A DNA stretch of 64,000 bases from Oligoflexales bacterium (GTDB taxonomy: Bacteria; Bdellovibrionota_B; Oligoflexia; Oligoflexales; CAIYRB01), in NCBI GenBank assembly GCA_041736175.1, contig JBGSUI010000075.1, forward strand, positions 8,536 to 72,535, in the 5' to 3' direction. Both the position numbers and the translations under genes were made by a program. Positions 30,921 through 40,496 of the stretch are shown piece by piece. Position 1 is the stretch's first letter. Every line of letters begins with the position of its first letter. The notes beneath the pieces are model-generated. The model worked only from the letters and a program-made list of their open reading frames with translations, did not search any database and was not told the origin of the DNA.

Positions 30921-31682
30921 TTGAAAATAGACCTAACGGGTAAGGTTGCAGTCGTCACGGGTGCGAGTAAGGGTATAGGAAGAGCAATCGCCGAACGGCT
31001 GGCTCTTTCGGGGGCAAAAGTCTGTGTTTCTAGTCGCAATCTAAAGGCTTGTGAGGTGGTCAGGGATTCCATCGTTAAAAGCCAAGGAACAGCCATTTCC
31101 GTCGCGGCTGATACCAGCGATCCGCAGGCACTCTCGTATTTAGTCGATGAAACTATTGAAAAATTTGGAACAATTGATATTTTAGTCAATAATGCAGCCA
31201 CAAGTCCCATTTTTGGTCCGGTCGAAGAAACCAGTGAAGCTGGGTTTGACAAGATCATGGCCGTCAATGTCCGAGGGCCCTTTACTCTGTCTAAGTTAAT
31301 ACTCCCCCACTTCAAAAAGAAAATGAGCGGCTCTATCATAAACATTGGTAGCATCGGTGCCGTGCGACCCGAAGAAGCCCTCGGAATCTACAGTACCAGC
31401 AAAGCTGCTCTCTTAAGCCTTACAAAAGTGCTGGCCAAAGAATGGGGCCCCTACGGTGTCAGAGTCAATTGCGTCTGCCCTGGGCTGGTCAAAACAAAGT
31501 TTAACGAGTCCGTCTGGGAATCCCCACCCAATCGCATAGACCATTTTTTGATGCGAACCCCCATGAAACGGATCGCGACTCCAGAAGAAATTGCTCCTTT
31601 TGTGGTCTTTCTGGCTTCGGATTCTATGTCAGGTTTTTCTACCGGAGGAGTCTTTACCATCGACAGTGGCCTGACCCTTTAG
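30921..31682 (+). CDS. SDR family oxidoreductase
   Basis: TGASKGIG, NNAA, YSTSK, VNCVCPG. Confidence 0.93.
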   Translation: MKIDLTGKVAVVTGASKGIGRAIAERLALSGAKVCVSSRNLKACEVVRDSIVKSQGTAISVAADTSDPQALSYLVDETIEKFGTIDILVNNAATSPIFGPVEETSEAGFDKIMAVNVRGPFTLSKLILPHFKKKMSGSIINIGSIGAVRPEEALGIYSTSKAALLSLTKVLAKEWGPYGVRVNCVCPGLVKTKFNESVWESPPNRIDHFLMRTPMKRIATPEEIAPFVVFLASDSMSGFSTGGVFTIDSGLTL

Positions 31683-31735
31683 TAAAGGGCGGCTACATCT
31701 TTACCTCCCGACTTGTTTTTGATAGGCGACCGATG

Positions 31736-32041
31736 TCACTTTACGATGGTCTTGACCGCCGCCTTTGAGTTTCTAAGCTCACTGCGCCACTTGGAACGCA
31801 ATTTGACCATCTGGGTCAGGGTTTGGGCCTTTTTTCCCTGCAAAAAGAACCCCTGGGGGGCCTGCATCTTCCCGTCGATCATGGTTTCGGTAAAGTCGAT
31901 ATTGGTAGAATCAGTAGAACTAAAGCTACTACCCCCTTGCAGCTTTTTTGAGGTCGTCTTGTCTTGGGCCAAACCAAGGTTTCCAGAGAGACCGCATACG
32001 AATGCAAGGACTATTAAAAACAAACCGTTTTGATATCGCAT
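31736..32041 (-). CDS. gltF: GltF/CglF-like small exported gliding-motility protein
   Basis: Signal peptide; IDFTETMIDGKMQAPQG...MVKLRSKW resembles CglF (IDF.D..IEGEL.KPEG...LIKVR.NF); position after gltE. Confidence 0.7.
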   Translation of the reverse strand: MRYQNGLFLIVLAFVCGLSGNLGLAQDKTTSKKLQGGSSFSSTDSTNIDFTETMIDGKMQAPQGFFLQGKKAQTLTQMVKLRSKWRSELRNSKAAVKTIVK

Positions 32042-32080
32042 AGATTAACTCCTTTAGGTAAAATCATTTCAAACAGACTC

Positions 32081-33187
32081 TTATTTGAGTGCTTGCTCTA
32101 ACTCTGACACAGAGTCTCCGTCATAGTCCGAAACCGTCGAAGCCTTTTTTGTCCCCTTGGATTCTTTCGGTGATTTATGAGCTACTTTACCTGCGCTTTT
32201 CTGAGGCGCTGATTTGGTCTTAGCTGATTTCTGATCGTTTTTGATATTTTTTGCCATCTCCTCTATATCTTCGTCACTCACCCCACCCCCATCACCAGAT
32301 TGGGCTCTTTGGATCTTGTTGATCAAGGCAAACGCCTGATTGTTATCAACAGCCTTACCTCTCTTGGATGCAATGTATTGTTTAAGGTATTCGATCGCAT
32401 CATCAAATTCCTTCTCCATCTTAGACGCTACGGCAAGATTGTAGAGAACCAGTGGATTATCTCCGTCGAGTGCTAAGACCTCCTCAAGGAGTTCCTTGGC
32501 TGAGGAGATCTCGCCACGCCCCAGCATAACAATCGCTAGATGGATTTTTGCGTCGAGATTTTTTGGCTCGGCTTTTATAACTCGTTCAAACTCCACTGCG
32601 GCAAGTCCCATCTGTCGGTGTTTGATGTATAGCACTCCCAAGTTCATGCGTGCCGCATTGTCATTGGGGTCTAAACGGATCGACTTCTTAAAGAGACTCA
32701 TCGCTACGTTGTTGTTGCCTTTAAAAAGTTCGATCTGGGCTAGCATATTGATGACGCTTGCGTCCTTAGAGTTAACCCCTCCTATATTGGTAAAATGAAT
32801 CAATGCTAAATCGTGCTGACCACGTCTTAAAGCAATCTGTCCCAGTATTTTACGAGCCACACTGCTCTTAAGATCCTTTCTAAGGATGGTACGACAGATA
32901 TTTTCGGCTGCATTGAGATCGTCCAATGCGACGTTAACCTGGGCAAGGGCTCCGAGAGCAATGAGGTCGCCTTTATTTTTGCTCACATGTTCTTGGAGAC
33001 GCTTTTTTAAGGCCGCTAAATCAGCAGTTCTTTCGCCGTGATTAAGAGTGGTTCTTTGATCATTTGTGGAGTAAATCACGCCTTCAGTCTCGTTGCTGCT
33101 TAGCAGGATATTTTCCTCCACTGCTGTCGTCCGACATCCTAATAGGGATAGGGCTGCTATACTCAACGTTCCTATAAATTTAAACAT
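32081..33187 (-). CDS. gltE: TPR lipoprotein, GltE (AglT)-like
   Basis: Lipobox LLGC, multiple TPRs (ARMNLGVLY, VLYNLAV); SD GGAGG before ATG 33187. Confidence 0.7.
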   Translation of the reverse strand: MFKFIGTLSIAALSLLGCRTTAVEENILLSSNETEGVIYSTNDQRTTLNHGERTADLAALKKRLQEHVSKNKGDLIALGALAQVNVALDDLNAAENICRTILRKDLKSSVARKILGQIALRRGQHDLALIHFTNIGGVNSKDASVINMLAQIELFKGNNNVAMSLFKKSIRLDPNDNAARMNLGVLYIKHRQMGLAAVEFERVIKAEPKNLDAKIHLAIVMLGRGEISSAKELLEEVLALDGDNPLVLYNLAVASKMEKEFDDAIEYLKQYIASKRGKAVDNNQAFALINKIQRAQSGDGGGVSDEDIEEMAKNIKNDQKSAKTKSAPQKSAGKVAHKSPKESKGTKKASTVSDYDGDSVSELEQALK

Positions 33188-33221
33188 AAGTTCCTCCAGT
33201 TTGACGTTTAATGTAAAAATC

Positions 33222-36200
33222 CTAATCTTTGATAAGGGCAGCAATGTTTTTGGTGACCTCAAATTTATGGGTCATATAATTTGGATCTGCTGATATCTCG
33301 TCGACTTCGGTATTTTTCTGTGGACTCAGTTCGACCATTTTTTGGTAGGTTTTCTTAGTCCATACCGTAAATGTCTCCACCTCTCGCGACCTCTTAAATG
33401 CAGTCTCAAAAAGCTTATGGGCTTCAGCTTTAAGTTTAAAAGCAATTTTTTCTAGTTCAGTCTTTAGTGCATCTGTCTCTGCTTTCGAAATTCCTTTGGG
33501 GACAGGAGCTTTGAAAAGAGTCTGTGCAAAATCTTCATGAGCTTCTCCTAGCCGATAAAGAGATGCAACCGTAAATTCCCCATTGCCGAGGGAAAAAATC
33601 GTTTCATATCGGTTGACCAGACTATCGAGACGACGTTGCTTTTCTGTCAACAGCTTCTCAAGCTGATTTCCGTCTGCTATCTTAAATCTTAAAAAATCTT
33701 GAATTAACGTCTCGTTTTCTGCAAAGAGAACCCCAGCTACAGTCGCCCTAGCGTCCACAGCTACTGGAGCATTTTTAGCAAGTAACTCCGACTTTAAGGA
33801 CTCAATCTGCCGAAGACCCTCGGCTTTGTTCCCATAACGGAAGTTCAAAACTGCTGCTTTTGCTCGTGCTGAAAGACTTGCCTCCCGATCTCTATCACCA
33901 TATTGGCTATAGATGGTGTATTGTTGAACGGCTTCTTTATATCTCTGATTGGCTTCCAGTAAGGTTGCCAATTCTAAACGTGCATCACTAGTCAGCTGGT
34001 GATGAGGGTAGGCTTGCACAAATTGGTAGAGTGCTTGGATTGATTCCTGGGGACGTTTAAGACCTTTGTAGAGCACGCTCGCATTAAATAACGCCATAGA
34101 AGACCGTTGGTCTTTTGGATAAGTAGAGGCTAGACGTTGGTAGAGACTCGCTGCATCATTAAATCGAGCCAATGTTTCGTAGGTCGATGCCACGCTGACC
34201 ATAGTATCAGGAACCACAATCGAACTGGGATATTGGGACAAAATAAGATTGCCAGCAGCAAGGGCACTGTCGATCTTTTCAACTTTAAAATAATTAAGCA
34301 TTGCATTGTAGACCGCTCTATCAGCATTTTTATCGGTGGCAAACTCTTTTTGATAGGCCATAAACGTGTCAGCCGCTTTGTCAAAATTCTTGGATTTTTC
34401 GAGGGCAAGCGCTTGCTTAAAGAGTGCTCCACGCAATGTATCCACGATGAGCACCTTAAGTTCTTTGTCCATCAACTGCGAACTTTTAACAAACCTTCTG
34501 CTCCAATTCACAACTTCAGGCCAATTCTCCTTTTCAGAGAAATAGCCCAAAATAACTTTTACCGAAGCTTTGGCTTGTTTGGTTTCAGGAATAACTTTAG
34601 TAATGGTTTCAAATCTTTTGATAGATTCTTTATAGTGCCCGTGTTCAAACAAAATCTGAGCCGCCGTAAACCGCATCGGTTCGCCTTCTTTTTCCTTTGG
34701 CAGCAACCCAATATATTGGTCAATCGTTTCTATGAGTTTAGCCTTTTCTTTGGGTAAAGTAATAGGAGTTGGAACCTGACCAAGAGGAGGTAGTTTTGGC
34801 CATGTTTTGCTAGACACAAGTTCATTCATAGCACCTACTGCGTTGATCGCTGCCGGTTTTAGGTATTTTCCAGCCGGGTTATCTTTGGCCACTTTCAAAT
34901 AGTGGAATGATGAGGTCTCATATTTTTTAAAATCATAAAGAATTTCAGCCAAATAGTACCTGATCTCATAAGCATTACTGCTTTTTGGAAAACTATCCAG
35001 ATAGGCTTCATAGACATCGGCAGCATATCGCATATAAGCAACACTTTTTGATTTTTGTCCCCGTTGATGAAAGATTGCGCCATAACGGTGAGTGTTTATT
35101 TCGACGATATGATTTGCTTCTTGGATGATATCTTTGTTTTGACCTTGGGCAAAGATCCAGGCTGAGTCTTTGGAGATATAGAGTTTATGCATCTTTTTAA
35201 TCTCAGCTACGACGGCAGGAATATTATTGATGATGTCGTAGAGTTCAAGCAACTTTGCGTGAACTTCTGGATTTTTGGCCCGGAGTGGCGATTCTCGAAT
35301 GAGCCTTTGAAATACTGCGATCGACTGGGTATTTTTACCCTGTTCTTGATAAATGCGCCCTAAACGTTCCAGCATCTTATAAAAGGAATCTTTTTCTCCA
35401 ATCGTCCTAAAATACCGCCAAGCAGCATCGATTTCCTCAGTTTCAGCCCATACCATTATAAGATCGCTGATTGCTTCCTCTCTTAGGTCAAAATTTCGAT
35501 TCTCTTCGCCTTTTGCATCGGAGAGTTTCACTACTAGTTTAAATGCCGCAATGGATTTTTTAAAGTTTTCGGCCATGGTCTTTTCGCTGGTTCCAGCAGC
35601 ATTAAAATAAGACCATCCTAGTTTGTAGACGGCATAAGGATAGGCATGATGTTCTTTGAAATCGAGAACCTTTTTATAACTCTCAATGGCCTCATTCACT
35701 TGTGTTTTTTCAAAATACCATTCCCCAAGGGCCAAGTAGGTATCAGGGATCAACGGTGAACGTGGAAACGACTGTACAAGCTGGTTGAAGTAATCAACCG
35801 ATGTATCCTTTCCCATCCTAGCGAGGGTTTTGCCCAATGCATAGAGAGCGGCGTCAGTTCTAGGGTGGTTTGGAAACTCGCCAACCAACCTTCTAAAGGC
35901 GTTTACAGCACTGAGCATTTCGTTTTCGGAACGGTCTTTTTGTAGCTTTGGTTCAGGGGTTTTTTTGCCGTCTTTATTCCATTTATCCCATTCTTTTTGG
36001 TACCTAGATATCTCTAGGTCCCGCAAATAATCATGTCTCTCGACATGAAGTTCGCCTAATCGCAAAAGCAGCTCAAATCGTCGAGAACTTTTCTTACTAG
36101 ATTCGAGGATATCACTCACAGAACGGATGGTTTTTACTCTAAGGACATCAGCTTTTTGAAGATCCCTCGGGCTTATGCCCTTGCGTTTTTCGGAAAAGTA

Positions 36201-36371
36201 ACTGGCATGATCTTCCATATTTGGAGCGATGACTTTTCCATCTTCTCTAAATCTCTTATTATCGTCGTTTTTGCCTAAGGCTATTGAACCAAACAAACAA
36301 AATGCCCCTAGCATGAGGCTCGATACCTTAAGTCGTGATTTCCAATTTTTGATCTTAATAAGATGTTGCAT
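33222..36371 (-). CDS. gltD: Large TPR protein, GltD (AgmU)-like
   Basis: 1049 aa, signal peptide, ELLLRLGELH, YAVYKLGWSYFN, LREEAISDL, many TPRs. Confidence 0.75.
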   Translation of the reverse strand: MQHLIKIKNWKSRLKVSSLMLGAFCLFGSIALGKNDDNKRFREDGKVIAPNMEDHASYFSEKRKGISPRDLQKADVLRVKTIRSVSDILESSKKSSRRFELLLRLGELHVERHDYLRDLEISRYQKEWDKWNKDGKKTPEPKLQKDRSENEMLSAVNAFRRLVGEFPNHPRTDAALYALGKTLARMGKDTSVDYFNQLVQSFPRSPLIPDTYLALGEWYFEKTQVNEAIESYKKVLDFKEHHAYPYAVYKLGWSYFNAAGTSEKTMAENFKKSIAAFKLVVKLSDAKGEENRNFDLREEAISDLIMVWAETEEIDAAWRYFRTIGEKDSFYKMLERLGRIYQEQGKNTQSIAVFQRLIRESPLRAKNPEVHAKLLELYDIINNIPAVVAEIKKMHKLYISKDSAWIFAQGQNKDIIQEANHIVEINTHRYGAIFHQRGQKSKSVAYMRYAADVYEAYLDSFPKSSNAYEIRYYLAEILYDFKKYETSSFHYLKVAKDNPAGKYLKPAAINAVGAMNELVSSKTWPKLPPLGQVPTPITLPKEKAKLIETIDQYIGLLPKEKEGEPMRFTAAQILFEHGHYKESIKRFETITKVIPETKQAKASVKVILGYFSEKENWPEVVNWSRRFVKSSQLMDKELKVLIVDTLRGALFKQALALEKSKNFDKAADTFMAYQKEFATDKNADRAVYNAMLNYFKVEKIDSALAAGNLILSQYPSSIVVPDTMVSVASTYETLARFNDAASLYQRLASTYPKDQRSSMALFNASVLYKGLKRPQESIQALYQFVQAYPHHQLTSDARLELATLLEANQRYKEAVQQYTIYSQYGDRDREASLSARAKAAVLNFRYGNKAEGLRQIESLKSELLAKNAPVAVDARATVAGVLFAENETLIQDFLRFKIADGNQLEKLLTEKQRRLDSLVNRYETIFSLGNGEFTVASLYRLGEAHEDFAQTLFKAPVPKGISKAETDALKTELEKIAFKLKAEAHKLFETAFKRSREVETFTVWTKKTYQKMVELSPQKNTEVDEISADPNYMTHKFEVTKNIAALIKD

Positions 36372-36401
36372 TTTTTCCCCTCCCTTTTTGTGTTTAAATC
36401 A

Positions 36402-38042
36402 TCACTTCTTACTGGTTACCATCTGGCAGCTAGACCCAACTGGTGTGATATAAAATCCAACTTCGTCCCACCAATATTCGCCATTTCGCGAGTCCTTCCA
36501 GGACTGGGTTTTATCAGCCCATCCGCTCACCTTATACTGCTGGGACACCTTGGTAATCTTGGTCGATGCATGGAGATTTTTCCCCAGGATTTGATCTTTT
36601 TCACTCATTAGTAGTTCCACATAGAGAAACTGTGCTTGGGCATACAACCTTTCGTAGTCTTTTTTTGTTTCCATGAGTTCAGCCAAATACCTTTTACCGA
36701 TTTCTCGCCTTAAGGATGCCATCCAGCGATCAAGGTAATCCGAAGCCCTTCCCATATTATCCTTCGAACCAAAAATCCCCTTAGCATCGATCCTGGCATT
36801 TTCTTCGACGACGGCTGCATATTGATCTCTTAAATAGAGCATGGAGTCTCTTTCGGCATTGGTTTTAAGGATGGCATGGGGAAGCCCCAAAGATCGACCG
36901 GAGACACCGCTAATCATGTTTTCAAATAGCTGATAGGCCACCTCTGAATCCGATCTTTGACGATCTAAAAACTCATTGAGATCTTCGATCGCTGCCGCAT
37001 GTTTTTCCATAAAATCTGCCAGAGCGTTGCGACTATCGTCGTAGCGACAAAGCCAATAATGTATCATTGACTTTAACATAGTCGCCTCTGGATTAAAGAC
37101 CTGCTGAAAAAAGGGACTTTCTGCGCCATGGATAGCCCCGAGGGCATGCATGGGAAATCCGCCCATAAAAAAAGCCCATGATTGTTCGAAAAGAGCATCA
37201 TAAAAGTTTGGACCATTTTTATTGACGCTACGATAGGATTTAATAGCGTCTTCAAACTTGCCTTTTTCGTAACTGATTCTTCCCAGAGCTAAATAAGTGT
37301 AATCGATAAGGTTGGCGAGAGAACTCCCGCCAATGGAGGGATTGGTTTGATTGGCTGTAAATAGTATTGACTTTAATGCGACTTCAGCTTTGTCCAATTT
37401 ATTTTGGTCTACATAAATCATAGCCTGCTGGTATTTTGCGGGCAAAAAATACTTATCTTGAACTCTGAGCTTTCCTAAATAGTCAACAGCAATATCAAAA
37501 TCACCTTTTTTTGAGGCCGCATTTCCGGCTATATAATACCAGTTAGATTTAAACGAGCTTGGATTTTTGCCTCTTAAATCGACCTGCTCAGCAACGATCT
37601 CTAAAATGGTCTGAATTGGCTTTTTTTCTGATACATTGCTTAATATTTCCCACGAAGGATTTAGATCTCTAGAAAGTGGGCGTTCTGCCGTTTTGATGGC
37701 TTGGGATGAATAGATCGAGGCCAAAATGGGATATCCGGCTTCGTTAAGGAGCGCAGCTTGCGCCTGTAGAAGGCTGACACGGTCTGCTTGGATCATGCTA
37801 CCGCCTTTACTAGTCAGACTATCAAGGCGCTCCCAAGCAACTTTCGCCGTAATGTCGCCCATACGGTAGGATTTTTTGATGTTGAACAGTTGATTATGAA
37901 GGAGCGTTCTTAATGGCACGCGGGCTTTTCGATTGTTAGCTTTGAGCCCGTAACTCTGGCCATAGAGGAGACTCTCCGGGGGCGACAAAATCGCCGCTCC
38001 CAAGAGCATAATCAATATTTGGACAAACTTTTTATCAAACAT
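36402..38042 (-). CDS. gltC: TPR protein, GltC-like
   Basis: LALGRISYE, DALFEQSWAFF, SPFF..FNPE, C-terminal GEYWWDEVGFY...SSC. Confidence 0.75.
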   Translation of the reverse strand: MFDKKFVQILIMLLGAAILSPPESLLYGQSYGLKANNRKARVPLRTLLHNQLFNIKKSYRMGDITAKVAWERLDSLTSKGGSMIQADRVSLLQAQAALLNEAGYPILASIYSSQAIKTAERPLSRDLNPSWEILSNVSEKKPIQTILEIVAEQVDLRGKNPSSFKSNWYYIAGNAASKKGDFDIAVDYLGKLRVQDKYFLPAKYQQAMIYVDQNKLDKAEVALKSILFTANQTNPSIGGSSLANLIDYTYLALGRISYEKGKFEDAIKSYRSVNKNGPNFYDALFEQSWAFFMGGFPMHALGAIHGAESPFFQQVFNPEATMLKSMIHYWLCRYDDSRNALADFMEKHAAAIEDLNEFLDRQRSDSEVAYQLFENMISGVSGRSLGLPHAILKTNAERDSMLYLRDQYAAVVEENARIDAKGIFGSKDNMGRASDYLDRWMASLRREIGKRYLAELMETKKDYERLYAQAQFLYVELLMSEKDQILGKNLHASTKITKVSQQYKVSGWADKTQSWKDSRNGEYWWDEVGFYITPVGSSCQMVTSKK

Positions 38043-38065
38043 AGAGACTCCCTAAATTTGGGGGT

Positions 38066-38779
38066 TTAATTAAAAAAATAACTAGTTCCTAGGTCGAAGG
38101 CATAAGAGTTTTTGCGAGATTCTGTCCCTGCCCGACTTTCGTTAAAAATCCTGTCTTTGAAATCGATGCGAAACGACCAGTTCTTGCCCACATAAAATCT
38201 TTCCCCGGCCCCGATGGTATATGCTAGTTTTTCTCCCTGATCGGTCTCAACTCGAGATACTCCAAACGCTGTATAGAGGTCTGTATAGATGATCACTCGA
38301 TTGATAAAATTTAATTTACCGTAGAAAGGGGCGGCAATGGCGGAGACATCGGTCATCCCATGAATAGCGTTGACTTCGGGGTCAGGAGACACAACGGTTT
38401 CCACCGTACCATCCCCAGGGGGGATCGCATCGCTCGACGTTAAAGGCTTGTACTTGAGTTTGTTAAGGGCTCTGCGATCGTCGGAGTCGGTGACTGAAGT
38501 GCGGGTCATGGCGATTTCAAAACCTAACCATTCATTAAAAAAAAGTCCGGAGCGAGCACCAAAGGTTCGTGTTTCGAGGTAGGCTTCGTCTAAGATGGCC
38601 CCTACAAGAAGACCGGCTTCGGGGCGGAGGGTTTTAAGAAAATAACGGTTCTGGAGGACGGTAACCGACTCTTTACTAGATTTGCCCCTAATTTCGTTGG
38701 GATCTAGATCCATCGACCAAACATGATTCGATGATAGAGAGAAGCACACTAAGACAATTGAAAAAATTAAGATTTTCAT
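38066..38779 (-). CDS. Outer-membrane beta-barrel, GltA/GltB-like
   Basis: Signal peptide, VLQNRYFLK, PFYGKLNF...YTDLY, C-terminal LGTSYFFN. Confidence 0.8.
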   Translation of the reverse strand: MKILIFSIVLVCFSLSSNHVWSMDLDPNEIRGKSSKESVTVLQNRYFLKTLRPEAGLLVGAILDEAYLETRTFGARSGLFFNEWLGFEIAMTRTSVTDSDDRRALNKLKYKPLTSSDAIPPGDGTVETVVSPDPEVNAIHGMTDVSAIAAPFYGKLNFINRVIIYTDLYTAFGVSRVETDQGEKLAYTIGAGERFYVGKNWSFRIDFKDRIFNESRAGTESRKNSYAFDLGTSYFFN

Positions 38780-38852
38780 TTTTTTTACCTCTAAAAAAGT
38801 TGCAAAATGTTTCTAACGACGTTTTTGCAGCCGGAGATTCCCGACAAGGTAA

Positions 38853-38879
38853 CGTTCGGTGTCTCCTGAAAAAAATTTA
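38853..38879 (-). promoter_or_regulatory. Putative sigma28-like promoter of the glt cluster
   Basis: TAAA-N15-ACCGAACG. Confidence 0.45.
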
Positions 38880-39055
38880 GGTAAATCTTGAATTTCAAAA
38901 TTTTTGCTAAAAATGCCGGCGAGATGCTGAATGGTTTAAGGGGTTTGAAAACAGCGGTCGGCACTCTAAAAAAGTTGAGCTCCTACCCCCAAAGGGGAGA
39001 GGCTAAAAATAACTAGAACACCTCATACGCCTCAACACACCCCAGAAACACGAGT

Positions 39056-40381
39056 TTAGGGATTGATCGGAGCATTGAGCACGTGGTCGATAAAAGGCCG
39101 CATATCCATGGAGACTTCGAGGTCTTTTAGCAGGTGAAAGACCCCTCCAAGCTTGCGGTTTAGCAAAGCAAGCCTTTTAGCGGGAGGAGAGTATTGAACT
39201 TTCGTTATAAATTTAAAGGAGGTCTCCCGGATTGTTTTTAGATAGGAATCATCATTAAACCTGAATGGTTGAGATTCAACCGCAAAGATCTTCACCACAT
39301 GTTCGAGCATGGCGACGAGCAGTTCAATCACCTCGGGTGACTCTCTGGAATCTAAAAAACCATAGTCGATGATCTTTTGAACCAGCATATTATGGTTTTT
39401 TAAAGCCATAACTTTAAAGAGGGTCTGAATCTCTTGGCGAAATTTAGGCTCGTAATGAATGGTCGCTCCAAAATCTAGGAGCACTAGCTGCCGAGTGGAT
39501 GGACGGTATAGAAAGTTTCCATAGTTGGGGTCCGTCTGGACGACGCCAAAGGTAAAAAACTCGTCGATCAGCAGGGAGATCAGCATCTTGCCAAAATTCG
39601 TAGCTTCTTCTGCAGGCGGCTTTGATTTAATCCAGTCATTGATGCGAACCCCCTCTTCAAAACTCAGCGTGAGGATTTTTTGGGTGGTGTATTCATGGTA
39701 CACCGTGGGTACCACAAAAGAGCCCCCACCGACTTTAGATCGGTAGAGGTCCACATTTTTAGCTTCGTTTAAATAGTCGGATTCTAGCTTGAGTGAGGTT
39801 GCTAGCTCTTCAAAAAAATCATCAAAGTTAATGTTTTTGCCACGCAACTGGGTCCAGGTTTTTGCAAAACGCTTAAGGGTGTTTAGATCACTATCTATTG
39901 TAGCCGCTACCCCAGGAAATTGGATTTTGACCGCAATAGGATTTCCATGGAGTACGGCTTTATGGACCTGACCAATAGAGGCTGCAGCAATGGGTTGGGA
40001 TGTAAAACCCGCCATTTGGGAAAAACGGTCACTACCTAGCTCTCGCCTTACGATATAACGAACCTGATCGATATCCATGGAGGTGCTGCTGTCATGGAGG
40101 GTTCGTAAGATCTGAACCACCTCGGGCGGCAGGAGGTCACTAAACTCCAAGGACAATAGCTGTCCAGCCTTCATAGCAGCGCCTTTTAATTGGCTAAGCG
40201 CATCCACAAAGTCCTGAGTTTGTTTGATTTTTGTAGCTAATCCATTAAGTTCTTGATTGCCATCGGTAAAGATTTTGGAGCCTAATCTGCCTGAGACTTC
40301 CCGGGCGGCTATTTTGGCTCCTGACATTAGAAGTCGAGTGGCGCGGGCGATCGAAGACTGGGGAATTTTGGATTTTGACAT
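39056..40381 (-). CDS. ABC1/AarF/UbiB-family atypical kinase (COQ8-like)
   Basis: LKGAAMKAGQLLS, AAASIGQVH, VKIQFPG, QTDPNYGN, LLDFGA. Confidence 0.92.
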   Translation of the reverse strand: MSKSKIPQSSIARATRLLMSGAKIAAREVSGRLGSKIFTDGNQELNGLATKIKQTQDFVDALSQLKGAAMKAGQLLSLEFSDLLPPEVVQILRTLHDSSTSMDIDQVRYIVRRELGSDRFSQMAGFTSQPIAAASIGQVHKAVLHGNPIAVKIQFPGVAATIDSDLNTLKRFAKTWTQLRGKNINFDDFFEELATSLKLESDYLNEAKNVDLYRSKVGGGSFVVPTVYHEYTTQKILTLSFEEGVRINDWIKSKPPAEEATNFGKMLISLLIDEFFTFGVVQTDPNYGNFLYRPSTRQLVLLDFGATIHYEPKFRQEIQTLFKVMALKNHNMLVQKIIDYGFLDSRESPEVIELLVAMLEHVVKIFAVESQPFRFNDDSYLKTIRETSFKFITKVQYSPPAKRLALLNRKLGGVFHLLKDLEVSMDMRPFIDHVLNAPINP

Positions 40382-40496
40382 TGTTGCAGCTCCTGCATAA
40401 GCTCCTCAGATGGTATCATAGATGGCAGAAATGGGGCCAAATGAGGCCCAAGGGATTTGAATGTATGTATCTATTCCAAGAGAGACTTCTTAACAT

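Noticed and set aside
34137..34757. 206-aa plus-strand ORF
   Set aside because: Antisense shadow of the GltD-like gene.
38780..39055. glt upstream region considered as a c-di-GMP riboswitch
   Set aside because: Only an imperfect TGCAAAA...TTTTGCA hairpin; the GEMM core motifs were not found.
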